Assembly (NCBI GenBank): GCA_963796965.1
Contig: CAWCNS010000006.1
Location: forward strand, 384,001 to 448,000
DNA from: Calditrichia bacterium
GTDB lineage: Bacteria; Calditrichota; Calditrichia; JAJRVZ01
DNA length: 64,000 bases
Direction of reading: 5' to 3'
In this document: positions 53,066 through 62,494 of the stretch, in pieces
Position numbering within the stretch: the stretch's first letter is position 1
Layout: each line of letters begins with the position of its first letter
Notes under the pieces: model-generated
The model's input: only the letters and a program-made list of their open reading frames with translations
Databases searched by the model: none
What the model was told of the DNA's origin: nothing
Position numbers and translations under genes: made by a program

Positions 53066-55315
53066 ATGAAAACAATTATAAAAAAATTATTTCCCAAATT
53101 ACGATATCCATTAATACGTCAGTATGAGCAAAGTGATTGTGGGCCAGCGGCATTACTCAGTCTTTTAACTTACTTTGGTGGGAAAGATACGCTTGAACAT
53201 GTGCGAGAATTGAGTAATACCAATTCCGAGGGAACATCTTTATTTGATTTAATTCAAGCTGCCGGCCATTTAGGCTTCGAGGCAAAAGGTGTCAAGGGGG
53301 ATTATAATACTCTAATAGAAGAAAATATGCCCTGTATCGCTCATGTGGTTTTAGAGAATCGCTTAAATCATTTCATTGTTATATATGAGATTAGTAAGAC
53401 CGGAGTTTTAGTTGGAGATCCGGCAAGGGGGTTGATTAAAATTAAACGAAATGACTTTGAATCTATATGGAAGTCAAATATTGTAATCCTTTTTAAAAGA
53501 GGAGATAATGTCCTAAACAGAGAAATTATAACTGCTATCTCCTGGATAATAACATATTTAAAATCTGAAAATATCTGGATATATCATTCGGTATTTCTTG
53601 GGTTAATATATACGGGTTTGGGTTTATTGACAGCTTTTTTTATTCAGCGGCTTATTGATGAATTTATACCAACGGCGAATCTCCGCAAAATTCTGTTTAC
53701 CGGTGGATTTCTTCTATTTATTTTATCAATTAAAGCCATAACCGGTTATTTGCGTGAATATTTTCTGGTTATTTTGAATAGACGGCTAAGTATATCAATT
53801 AATACCGACTTTATCGGCCATCTTTTCAATCTCCCTAAGGGATTTTTTGATTCACGACGTAAGGGTGATATTACTGCACGAATACACGATTCGATAAAAA
53901 TTCAACAATCAGTCGTTCGAATTAGTGGTTCTACTATTATTGATATTATGGTGATACTCGGATCTCTGACATCTGTTTTTTATTTTTCTAACTTCCTGGG
54001 ATGGTTCGTTTTAATCTGTTTGCCGCTTTATACAATTTTATTGTTAACACATAGCACAGCAATAAGGACCAAACAACAAGAGGTAATGAAAGATTTTGCA
54101 AAAGTAGAATCTGTGTATATCGATAGTTTAAATGGGATTGCTGATATTCTTAGATTTAGAGTCGCTGAATCATTTTCAAACATCAATAGAGTCATTTTTG
54201 GTTTGTTTCAAAATAATATTGCCAATTTAGGAAATATTCGTAATCGCCTGGTTTTATTCTCGGAGTTATCGGGGACGATTATCATAATCTTTGTTTTGAT
54301 AGGTGGTGCCTTGCAAGTGGGAAAGGAAACATTACAACTTGGCGAACTAATTGCAGCCTACTCACTTCTTTCCTATATCCTTCCGGCAATCCATAGGTCT
54401 GTAGATGTTACTTTTTCCTTGCAGGGCGCCTATATCGCCCTGCGAAGATTAATGGAGCTCATCCTTATGGAAAAAGAACAGGATCGGGGAGAATTGCCTT
54501 TCCGTATGGAGAGGTCGTTAACAATAAAGAAGTTAAAATTTTCCTGGGGTGGGGATAAGCCACTTTTTAATGGTATTGACCTTCAGATTCCAAAAGCAGG
54601 TCTTATATCGGTATGGGGACCAAGCGGCGTTGGCAAAAGCACATTGATGTCTCTTCTTCAGCGAATGTATAAACCGCAATCCGGAAATATTTTTGTAGAT
54701 AACACGCCGGTGAATAATATTGATCTGAACGACTATAGAAAAAATGTAACTATTGTTCCTCAGGATATAAAAATATTCAATGGAACGATTGCTGAAAATA
54801 TATTGCTCGGGCGTCCCATAAATTCCTTTAACGATTTAACATTAATAATGGAGCGGTACGGTTTTGCAGAATTTCTGAACAGATTTGGAAATGGTATTTA
54901 TTCGTTGATTGGAGAAGAAAGCCGCCAACTTTCTGGTGGTGAAAAACAGATATTGGGACTTGCCCGGGCTTTGTTTAGTAATCCTTCTATCCTGATAATT
55001 GATGAAGGTCTGAATGCTCTTGATCTTGATATAGAAGATCTTGTGTTATCCATAATTTCAATGTATGCAGTAAAACATGCCATTCTTATCAGCACCCATA
55101 ATCTACGGATAATGAAGAAAACAAGTTTTTTGTATGTATTAAATGATGGTAAGATTGTACAGAAGGGCATACCATCCGCATTGTTACATGATCCAGGTTA
55201 TTTCAGATCAGTGTATGGCACTTGCATAGATGATTCCCGCCGGGATCGTATTAGGAATAAAGATCGGAGGTCTGATTTTCAACAGAACGCCCCCGTCTCG
55301 GTTTCCCTTTCTTAA
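53066..55315 (+). CDS. Peptidase-containing ABC transporter (C39 peptidase + TMD + NBD), double-glycine leader peptide exporter
   Basis: QYEQSDCGPAAL (catalytic Cys), NHFIV (His), VGDPA, FFDSRRKGDITAR, GPSGVGKS, LSGGEKQ, LIIDE. Confidence 0.95.
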   Translation: MKTIIKKLFPKLRYPLIRQYEQSDCGPAALLSLLTYFGGKDTLEHVRELSNTNSEGTSLFDLIQAAGHLGFEAKGVKGDYNTLIEENMPCIAHVVLENRLNHFIVIYEISKTGVLVGDPARGLIKIKRNDFESIWKSNIVILFKRGDNVLNREIITAISWIITYLKSENIWIYHSVFLGLIYTGLGLLTAFFIQRLIDEFIPTANLRKILFTGGFLLFILSIKAITGYLREYFLVILNRRLSISINTDFIGHLFNLPKGFFDSRRKGDITARIHDSIKIQQSVVRISGSTIIDIMVILGSLTSVFYFSNFLGWFVLICLPLYTILLLTHSTAIRTKQQEVMKDFAKVESVYIDSLNGIADILRFRVAESFSNINRVIFGLFQNNIANLGNIRNRLVLFSELSGTIIIIFVLIGGALQVGKETLQLGELIAAYSLLSYILPAIHRSVDVTFSLQGAYIALRRLMELILMEKEQDRGELPFRMERSLTIKKLKFSWGGDKPLFNGIDLQIPKAGLISVWGPSGVGKSTLMSLLQRMYKPQSGNIFVDNTPVNNIDLNDYRKNVTIVPQDIKIFNGTIAENILLGRPINSFNDLTLIMERYGFAEFLNRFGNGIYSLIGEESRQLSGGEKQILGLARALFSNPSILIIDEGLNALDLDIEDLVLSIISMYAVKHAILISTHNLRIMKKTSFLYVLNDGKIVQKGIPSALLHDPGYFRSVYGTCIDDSRRDRIRNKDRRSDFQQNAPVSVSLS

Positions 55316-55350
55316 ACAATAATTCAGAATTTACCATTGAGGGTGAGATT

Positions 55351-56022
55351 TTGTTTAAAAAAACTCAATCAAAGGAATTAACACTTGAGGATCTGTATGC
55401 ACCAAACTGGCAAATTTTCTCCTTTTTGGCAGTGCTAAATGTTTTGATCAGTTTCTGGGCCCATCGTCTCATTTATACTAGAGAAATTTACTATTCACTT
55501 CTCGCAGATCAAATGGAAATAGTTCGTATCGATGAATTTGTGGAGGTCTTAGACCGCTTTTCTCATCTAAGTATGCTGGTAATCCCAGTCGTTATGTTAT
55601 TAAAGCTTATTGTTAATACGTTAATACTTCAAATACCCCTGTTAATAAAAGATATTGAAATCCCTTTTAAAAAAATGTTTCGGATTGTCATGCTTGCATC
55701 CATTATGCTCACTCTGGGCCAACTTGTTCATTATATCTGGATATTTCTAACTCCTGTTGAAAACATAACGAGAGATTTGCTTACTGCAAATCCTTTATCT
55801 TTGGTAATGCTGGTCGGGGTTGAAGGTTATCCGGCCTCCTCTGTATATGTCTTTGCACAGTGTAATGTATTCGAAGTTCTTTGGGGTATGGGTATATATT
55901 TTGGTTTGTTAAGTACCAACAAGATAATAAAAAGTGATATTGCCATGTTGGTCCTAGGTACATGGACGGTCTTGTTATTTCTTCAATATGCCATATTTTT
56001 CTTTATGGGAGAACTCCAGTGA
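55351..56022 (+). CDS. Membrane protein (Yip1-like topology), bacteriocin-cluster associated
   Basis: TTG start with GAGGGTG RBS; about 5 TM segments; NPLSL and NVFEVLW. Confidence 0.7.
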   Translation: MFKKTQSKELTLEDLYAPNWQIFSFLAVLNVLISFWAHRLIYTREIYYSLLADQMEIVRIDEFVEVLDRFSHLSMLVIPVVMLLKLIVNTLILQIPLLIKDIEIPFKKMFRIVMLASIMLTLGQLVHYIWIFLTPVENITRDLLTANPLSLVMLVGVEGYPASSVYVFAQCNVFEVLWGMGIYFGLLSTNKIIKSDIAMLVLGTWTVLLFLQYAIFFFMGELQ

Positions 56023-56441
56023 ACAGTCCTTCTTTAAGAGTACTTTTTATCGGGATTTTTTTGTTCTCAGCGGTTGTTAAGACGATGGATTTTGAGAAAA
56101 CTACTTTATTGTTGTCATCCATCACCAAGTTTAAAATTGCAGAGACAAGAATCTTATTATCTACACTCATTTTTCTTGAGCTTTGTATTGCGGGATTATC
56201 GTTTTTTAAGGCAGACAGAAAAAAATATGTTTATTGGATGATAATGGGAATTCTTAACTTCTTCCTTGGTTTTTCAGTGGTGATGTGGATTTGGGGAGAA
56301 AGTAATTGTGGTTGTATGGGAACGGTATTTGTGACCACACCTCTCGTCAGTATCATTAAAAACTTAATATTGATCATCTTATTATATTTGATGAGAATGA
56401 ATATAATAAGGAAGCAGAGAGAGAGAGTTCTATCGTTATGA
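56019..56441 (+). CDS. MauE/DoxX-family redox-associated membrane protein
   Basis: LFSAVVK, LIFLEL, NCGCMG, SIIKNLIL; GTGA overlap with upstream stop. Confidence 0.85.
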   Translation: MNSPSLRVLFIGIFLFSAVVKTMDFEKTTLLLSSITKFKIAETRILLSTLIFLELCIAGLSFFKADRKKYVYWMIMGILNFFLGFSVVMWIWGESNCGCMGTVFVTTPLVSIIKNLILIILLYLMRMNIIRKQRERVLSL

Positions 56442-56992
56442 TTAAAATGGTTAGTTATTATATCGTGCTTCTTATAGTAGGGTTTATAATTGCATTGGTT
56501 ATATCTTCGAAAAAAACGGAAAGACTTAACGAGGGATCCACCATGCCTGTTTTATGTTATCAAAAAAATAAGGGTGAGAAAGTAATTGAGAGAGATCCAA
56601 CAAAGATGACAGTAATAATATGGTTTCATCCTAATTGTAAACATTGTTTATATCAATTGGATTTGCTTAATGAGAATCTTTCGTCTTTCTATCACGCCCA
56701 ATTTTTTTTCTTTACTGACGACTTAATTTTTCCCGAAGATAGATGTCTGGGGAAATGGCCGAACCTAACTTCAGCGGATAATGTTCGATTTGGTATTATA
56801 GATAAACCTACGTTTGAAGATCATTTTGGCTCAGTTGTAATGCCCTCGGTGTTTATTTTTGACAGAAGTGGAAAATTAACAAACAAAACTTTTGGTGAAG
56901 TAAAAATAGAAAAACTGCTTGAGCTGATAAATACAACGATTGTTCCGGAACATGAAAAAGCGGTTTTAAATAATACCTCCAACCGCGGGTGA
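56438..56992 (+). CDS. Membrane-anchored thioredoxin-fold protein (TlpA/MauD-like)
   Basis: N-terminal TM, WFHPNCKHC (CxxC), VMPSVFIFDRSGK cis-Pro region; ATGA overlap. Confidence 0.87.
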   Translation: MIKMVSYYIVLLIVGFIIALVISSKKTERLNEGSTMPVLCYQKNKGEKVIERDPTKMTVIIWFHPNCKHCLYQLDLLNENLSSFYHAQFFFFTDDLIFPEDRCLGKWPNLTSADNVRFGIIDKPTFEDHFGSVVMPSVFIFDRSGKLTNKTFGEVKIEKLLELINTTIVPEHEKAVLNNTSNRG

Positions 56993-57023
56993 AATTATGT
57001 ACTATATTTTGTTGAGGTGAACT

Positions 57024-57185
57024 ATGAAAGAAATAACAATTGAAGAAAAGAGAATTTTTATAGGAGGAGCAACATATATTGAATGCTTCTTTGCTGGTGC
57101 AATCTTTGGTGCTGCAATTGCAACCGGGCAGATATTAGCCGCAGCGGGATCAGGATTTTATCTGGCTTCTAATTGTATGAATTAA
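57024..57185 (+). CDS. Double-glycine-leader peptide precursor A (53 aa; not in ORF track)
   Basis: GAGGTG RBS; MKEITIEEKRIFIGG | ATYIECFFAGAIFGAAIATGQILAAAGSGFYLASNCMN. Confidence 0.88.
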   Translation: MKEITIEEKRIFIGGATYIECFFAGAIFGAAIATGQILAAAGSGFYLASNCMN

Positions 57186-57217
57186 CCTATAATAAGTATA
57201 AACAGAAGAGAATTATT

Positions 57218-57409
57218 ATGGAAAGATCAATCAATAGAAATATGCAGGACCTTGACGAGAATCAATTAAAATGTTTTAAAGGTGGTAACCAAAACATTTG
57301 TGCGGCCCTTGCAGGAGCGACCCTTTCTTCAGCGGTTCTCCTAAACGGAGCAGGCTTTTTATTTTTCGGTGCCGGATACTTGATTTTTTGTGTTGAGGGA
57401 CATGGTTAA
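57218..57409 (+). CDS. Double-glycine-leader peptide precursor B (start 57218 or 57242)
   Basis: (MERSINRN)MQDLDENQLKCFKGG | NQNICAALAGATLSSAVLLNGAGFLFFGAGYLIFCVEGHG. Confidence 0.86.
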   Translation: MERSINRNMQDLDENQLKCFKGGNQNICAALAGATLSSAVLLNGAGFLFFGAGYLIFCVEGHG

Positions 57410-57455
57410 AATTGATATCTTCCCGGTTATTACAACGGGAAGATACCCTTATTAA

Positions 57456-59031
57456 ATGGTGGTTTATATGGAGCAATTAAAGCTTTTAATAAATCTAATT
57501 TATCGTACCTTCTTAAATAAATGGCGTAGTAAAAATGGCGTTTACCTTTTTTTTACCTGTCTTATATCCATTTATTTTGCTTCACAATTATTATCGACCA
57601 GTGGAATGTTGGGCTTTTTTCTTAAAGACATATCAGAATCAAATCTATTTAGCTATTTAACCTATTTTTTTCATTTAATTTTTGTTCTATGGATCATCGC
57701 CCCTTTATTCTTTGGTATTAAACTATCCGCTATGAGGGAATTTTCTCAATTTCAATATTTACCAATTGGAAAAAGTAATTTTGTTTTTTTGAATAATATT
57801 ATGGGACTTATTGGGGTTGGACCAATAGTTACGTTATTTATTGTTTACTCAACTTTATTTCAAAGATTTGATATGAATCCTGGTTTATTTTTCCCAATTT
57901 TATTTTTAGTACTATTATTTATAAATATTTCCGGGACAACAAGTTTTCTTATAAACCATTATATTTTTAACCAACAATATTTCAGATCTACAATTAATAA
58001 ACTTATATTTGGGTCGATAATATCGACCTGCTTTCTGTTTCTTGTTTATTTTAAAGAAGTTGATTTATTCGAGTACTTATACATGTTCTTGCCATCAAAT
58101 CTTCTCGTTTCTGGGATAAGAGGATTGATTGAAGGCAATCCTTATCCATTTACTATCGGATTATCCAGTTTGGGCCTGCTTTTTATCCTTTCTACCCATC
58201 TTTATTCTAACGCTCTTAGTCATGGGACTCCGACTTATCAACTAAAGAAATTACAAAAGAGAAAATATAGTTTTCTCCGATCATATTTTTATTATATAAC
58301 AAAGATGTTACATATGATCGCAATAAAAACTGAACTAAAAATGTTGGTTGCGAAGGATATCATTTATTTTACAAAAAACACCAGATTAATCGTTTGGAAT
58401 ATATTGCAGATCTTTGCTGCTTATGTATTTTTTATGGTATTGGTAAAAAACTTTCCGAATCCTTTTGACAGTACTATTATAATGGTTAGTTTTTTAGGCA
58501 TGTTCAATCTGAGTTTATATATGAATTTGTTCGCTTTCGACTCAAGTGGATTCCAAAGACTATTTTATTTATCCCACCTCATTTAGAAATGTATATATAT
58601 CTAAAAATATAGCAAACCTGTTAATAAACAGCATTATCATGCTGCTAAGTGGCCTGATTGTTTGGTTTACCTTTGATTTAAACATTTCTGGCTTTCAGTT
58701 GCTGATATTGGTTTATTTTTATTTGTATTCAAATCTGATATCACAGAGTTTTGGAAACATATTCTCGATTTATTTTGTAATGAATGTTCCCTTTAATCAA
58801 TCAATGGGTATGTTCAATCCCCTTGCCTCAATAATTATCTCGGTTTGTATTGTATTCATTACCTTAATCCCCTCTATTTTAATTGTCTTTTTAAATGTAG
58901 TGGATGAAATCAAATTTTTTATATCTCTTTTTTCCTTCCTATTAAGTTTCTGTATTTATATTGTTTGTCTAAAATATGCATCAAAAAAACTTCTTGACAG
59001 AAGAATGATAATCTTAAATGAATTAATTTAA
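57456..59031 (+). CDS. ABC-2-type multi-pass permease (putative immunity/export); frameshift near 58553
   Basis: Two hydrophobic halves; joined frame reads NLFAFDSSGF-KDYFIYPTSFRNVYISKN; precedes an ABC ATPase. Confidence 0.75.
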
Positions 59032-59044
59032 AAATGGAAAACAT

Positions 59045-59821
59045 ATGAATATGAGCATCAGGGTAGAAAATTTGGTGAAAGGTTTTAATAATATCTTTGC
59101 GGTGGAAAATCTATCATTTAATTTGTGTCGTGGAGAAATTCTGGGGGTGGTTGGCCCGAATGGTGCTGGTAAAACCACACTAATAAATTTATTAGCAGGT
59201 ATCTATAAACAAGATTCCGGTCATATATTTTATGATGACACCCCGTTTGTACAAAACGACATAAGTTTGAAGAGGCGGTTAGGAATTTTGCCGGAAAGAT
59301 TGGGGATGTTTGAACAGCTAAGAGGGGAGGAGTACTTATACTTTATATCCCGTTTTTATGGGCTTTCAGAAACACACACCCCCAAATATATGGATGAGCT
59401 ATTTCATTTTATGGATATGGAAGAGGATAAAATGAAGTTTATCCATCAATACTCTTCAGGAATGAAGAAAAAAATTGCAATATCAGCTGTTTTAATTCAC
59501 TCTCCAAAGATTGTAATAATGGATGAGCCATTTGAGAACATCGATCCAATATCAATTAAAAATATCAATGATGTATTAAAAAAGTTAGCGCAAGACGGAT
59601 CAACCATTATTATCACATCTCAAAGATTACAGAGTGTAGAAAAAATTTGTTCAGATATTCTTATTTTAGAGCAGGGAAAAAACATTTTGTTTGACAAGAT
59701 GGCAAATATTCAGTCCTATATGAAGGAAAGCATCAAAAAAGGACAAAATTCCTCCCTGGAGCAATTATTTTTTGATATTATGAAAACAAGAGATCAGGAA
59801 AAATCCCTTTCCTGGATTTAG
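59045..59821 (+). CDS. ABC transporter ATP-binding protein (ABC-2/multidrug type)
   Basis: GPNGAGKTT, YSSGMKKK, VIMDEPFENIDP. Confidence 0.93.
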   Translation: MNMSIRVENLVKGFNNIFAVENLSFNLCRGEILGVVGPNGAGKTTLINLLAGIYKQDSGHIFYDDTPFVQNDISLKRRLGILPERLGMFEQLRGEEYLYFISRFYGLSETHTPKYMDELFHFMDMEEDKMKFIHQYSSGMKKKIAISAVLIHSPKIVIMDEPFENIDPISIKNINDVLKKLAQDGSTIIITSQRLQSVEKICSDILILEQGKNILFDKMANIQSYMKESIKKGQNSSLEQLFFDIMKTRDQEKSLSWI

Positions 59822-59858
59822 TAGAAATATATATTAGCAGGCAAAAATAAGATCAACG

Positions 59859-62105
59859 CTAAAGTCTTATAAGATAAGCAAATTTGAAGAATAGCCCTTG
59901 AGAAAACCGATCATACTTCTGCTTAGAGTTTTGTCTGAAATAATCATTATATCCTAAAAAGATTACAGTTCCGGGTGAGGGTTGCCAGCCGGCAAGGGCA
60001 TTAATCTCAATATTTTTATAATAATTATCACGTTGAATTATTAACCGAATATATATATCACGGGTAAATTGATATACACTGCGCACACGAAGAATATCCT
60101 GAACAATACGGAGAAGAGAACCTTGCTCATCGCCTTCAAAAAGATAATTGCTTCCACTCACCAGGGTTTGCCAGTTTTTTATTGGCCTAAATTCAACCCC
60201 CCAATTGATGGTATGGGTCTTACCGAGAAAGGGATCAGTTGAATAATAGATGCCGTCTCCCCAAAAATAGGAAAAATTAGCAAAAAGCCAGGGTAACGTT
60301 TTACTGGATAGACTAAACAGATACTGATCTTTATCAAAGCCGATCCCCAGGAATTCTTCAAATTGTTTATAATAAGCGATGTTTAAGGTGTTTTGTCCGC
60401 GTCCTGATAGGGTTAGTGAGGGTACAAAATAGCTCTCAAGTTTAGTGCTCGTATGTTCATCGTTTGGATGATCATACATTTGACTGACAAAAACCATCGG
60501 TTGGATCACTTGCAAGAATGAGTCATCTGACCGAAAATCGTACCAAACCTGGAGCCCTCCTTCACGGTAATCCGGTTCACGCTCCATAAATCCATTAGCG
60601 ACACGAAAATCAGGAAAAACATCGTTATAAAAAACCTGAAAATTAAAAGTACGACTTCCACGAAATAAATTGAGATAAAAAGCAGGATCACTTTTAACTT
60701 CCGTTTCAAGAAAATCTTTTGTATCAGAATTGAGTGCTTGAAAGGTAAATGCATAATCATTGGCAATTAGAAAATTGCCGTCAATGCCATAGGTTCTGCT
60801 ATATACATCTTTGAGATGCAGATCTGTAAAAAGGAGTCCCATATTAGAATAATCCAAAATATCTTTACGCAATCTCAGAATTGTGTGGTATGATTGTTTA
60901 TTTTTGTATTTATCTACGAATGCGGTACTATCAACGGGGTTATTTGGAGAATTGGGATTGTTGTTATATTCATTTGTAAGATATTCGGTGGAGCCGTAAT
61001 ATTCATCAGCACTTCCGAGGATGCCAATTTCATATCCTCCCAGGTTACCGGTCAACTTAAGGCCAAAAAGAGGATCAACAATACGACGCGTATAAACCGC
61101 ATCAATCGGGGTTTTAAATATGTTTGTTCCTTCCAAAAAAAAGGGGCGTTTTTCTGGGTAGTAGAGAGGGAAACGGCGATTAACGTCAATCCTGTCCGCA
61201 TCAGCTTCAACCTGGCTAAAATCTGGATTGTAAGTTGCATCTAAGGTAAGGTTTGATAAAAACCCGACTTTTAGGTTTAGACCTAATGCATATGTCGGGG
61301 GATCATTAATATATTCATCCCCCTCAGTATCCGTATAGGAGCTTTTGATTGCTGTCGCTTCGGGGAGAATTTCAATATTATTTCCCGGCCTGATGTTCTC
61401 AAGACCATGGAGTTTTCCGAATTGTGGAACAAAACTCGAAGAATTTCTTGAGATGGCTGGCCATATAATATCTTTATCCAGGTGTTTAATGGTTCGGGCA
61501 ATGGCTATTCCCCAAACCATATCATCAGTATCGGGAAAACGAAGGCTTTTAAAGGGAATTTCGGCTTCAACGATATAGCCCTTTTTAAATTTTCTACCTT
61601 CAGAGTAAAATATATAATCAGGATTATAATCCTCAGAAATCATATCAATATATATTCCATCAGCCTGGATACCATCTGGATTAAAAGAAAAATGATAGGT
61701 TTCTTTGCCAGCATTAAAAGTGTCGAGATAAAGGACAATGACATCATCTTCCTGGATATCATCGCGTTTTGAAATAGAGGATCGAATTAAGTTTGGAAAA
61801 GGATCAAAACAAATAAAAGCAACATAGAGGGAGGATTCGTCATATCCCAGAAGAACTGCTGTTTGTTCAGTAGCTGGTTGACCGTCAACGGGACGATAGG
61901 TATAAAAATCTTTTATTATAGCAGCATCTTTCCAAACAGGTTCAGTTAAATAGCCATCGATGGTTATAGATTCGTTAAATCTGGGGATGGTCACACTGCT
62001 TAGAGAGTCCTCACTGGCATATACTGCAGACAACAGCAGAAGGAATACTACACAAGCGTTAAGCAGCCCCTTAATGCTTAACTGAAGATTCGGTATCATG
62101 CTCAT
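59859..62105 (-). CDS. CBM9-like/DOMON N-terminal domain plus DUF5916-type outer-membrane beta-barrel protein
   Basis: ITIDGYLTEPVW, EAEIPFKSLRF, TYNPDFSQVEAD, EKRPFFLEG, YTRRI, terminal FFKFAYL. Confidence 0.8.
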   Translation of the reverse strand: MSMIPNLQLSIKGLLNACVVFLLLLSAVYASEDSLSSVTIPRFNESITIDGYLTEPVWKDAAIIKDFYTYRPVDGQPATEQTAVLLGYDESSLYVAFICFDPFPNLIRSSISKRDDIQEDDVIVLYLDTFNAGKETYHFSFNPDGIQADGIYIDMISEDYNPDYIFYSEGRKFKKGYIVEAEIPFKSLRFPDTDDMVWGIAIARTIKHLDKDIIWPAISRNSSSFVPQFGKLHGLENIRPGNNIEILPEATAIKSSYTDTEGDEYINDPPTYALGLNLKVGFLSNLTLDATYNPDFSQVEADADRIDVNRRFPLYYPEKRPFFLEGTNIFKTPIDAVYTRRIVDPLFGLKLTGNLGGYEIGILGSADEYYGSTEYLTNEYNNNPNSPNNPVDSTAFVDKYKNKQSYHTILRLRKDILDYSNMGLLFTDLHLKDVYSRTYGIDGNFLIANDYAFTFQALNSDTKDFLETEVKSDPAFYLNLFRGSRTFNFQVFYNDVFPDFRVANGFMEREPDYREGGLQVWYDFRSDDSFLQVIQPMVFVSQMYDHPNDEHTSTKLESYFVPSLTLSGRGQNTLNIAYYKQFEEFLGIGFDKDQYLFSLSSKTLPWLFANFSYFWGDGIYYSTDPFLGKTHTINWGVEFRPIKNWQTLVSGSNYLFEGDEQGSLLRIVQDILRVRSVYQFTRDIYIRLIIQRDNYYKNIEINALAGWQPSPGTVIFLGYNDYFRQNSKQKYDRFSQGLFFKFAYLIRL

Positions 62106-62307
62106 TAATTAAGTTTATTAAAATATAAGAGATATATAACTTTTTTCCAAGGCAAGACAAATGAGGACCGCCCCCTTTTTCAAATTTATGGTTAAGGTTA
62201 ACCTATATATTATCGGTAAATTTTGACAAAATCTGAAAATATTTAGAAGATATTAAAAGGAAATTGAATTTTTTGTCTAATGATCTGTATATTTAGTAGT
62301 TTAGATC

Positions 62308-62334
62308 GCAACTTTTTAGGCAAAACATACGTCT
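62308..62334 (+). promoter_or_regulatory. ECF-sigma-type promoter candidate GCAAC-N17-CGTCT
   Basis: AAC/CGT motif pair upstream of the TolC-family gene. Confidence 0.4.
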
Positions 62335-62494
62335 TAATCGATACCCAGCCGTATTGGATCTAAACATAGTTTAAACGTGAAATTTGATTCAGATGTAAAC
62401 CGGTTATTATCAAATATTGAAATTATTCGTATAATGGAATGTCCAATTAAATATAATTGAAATTGATACCCCTTTCAGCAGAGGAGAAATATTT

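Noticed and set aside
55962..56018. Upstream ATG for the MauE-like gene
   Set aside because: It would overlap the previous gene by 61 bp; GTG 56019 has a GGAG RBS and a 4-bp overlap.
56019..56992. Methylamine utilisation (mau) operon
   Set aside because: No methylamine dehydrogenase subunits, MauG or amicyanin in the window.
57173..57217. TTG start for precursor B given in the ORF track (78 aa)
   Set aside because: It overlaps the end of precursor A; ATG 57218 or 57242 gives a normal double-glycine leader.
53066..57409. Lanthipeptide, sactipeptide or thiopeptide interpretation of the Cys-containing precursors
   Set aside because: No LanB/C/M, radical-SAM or YcaO gene in the cluster; the only candidate modifiers are thiol-redox proteins. 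Enzymes acting in trans cannot be excluded.
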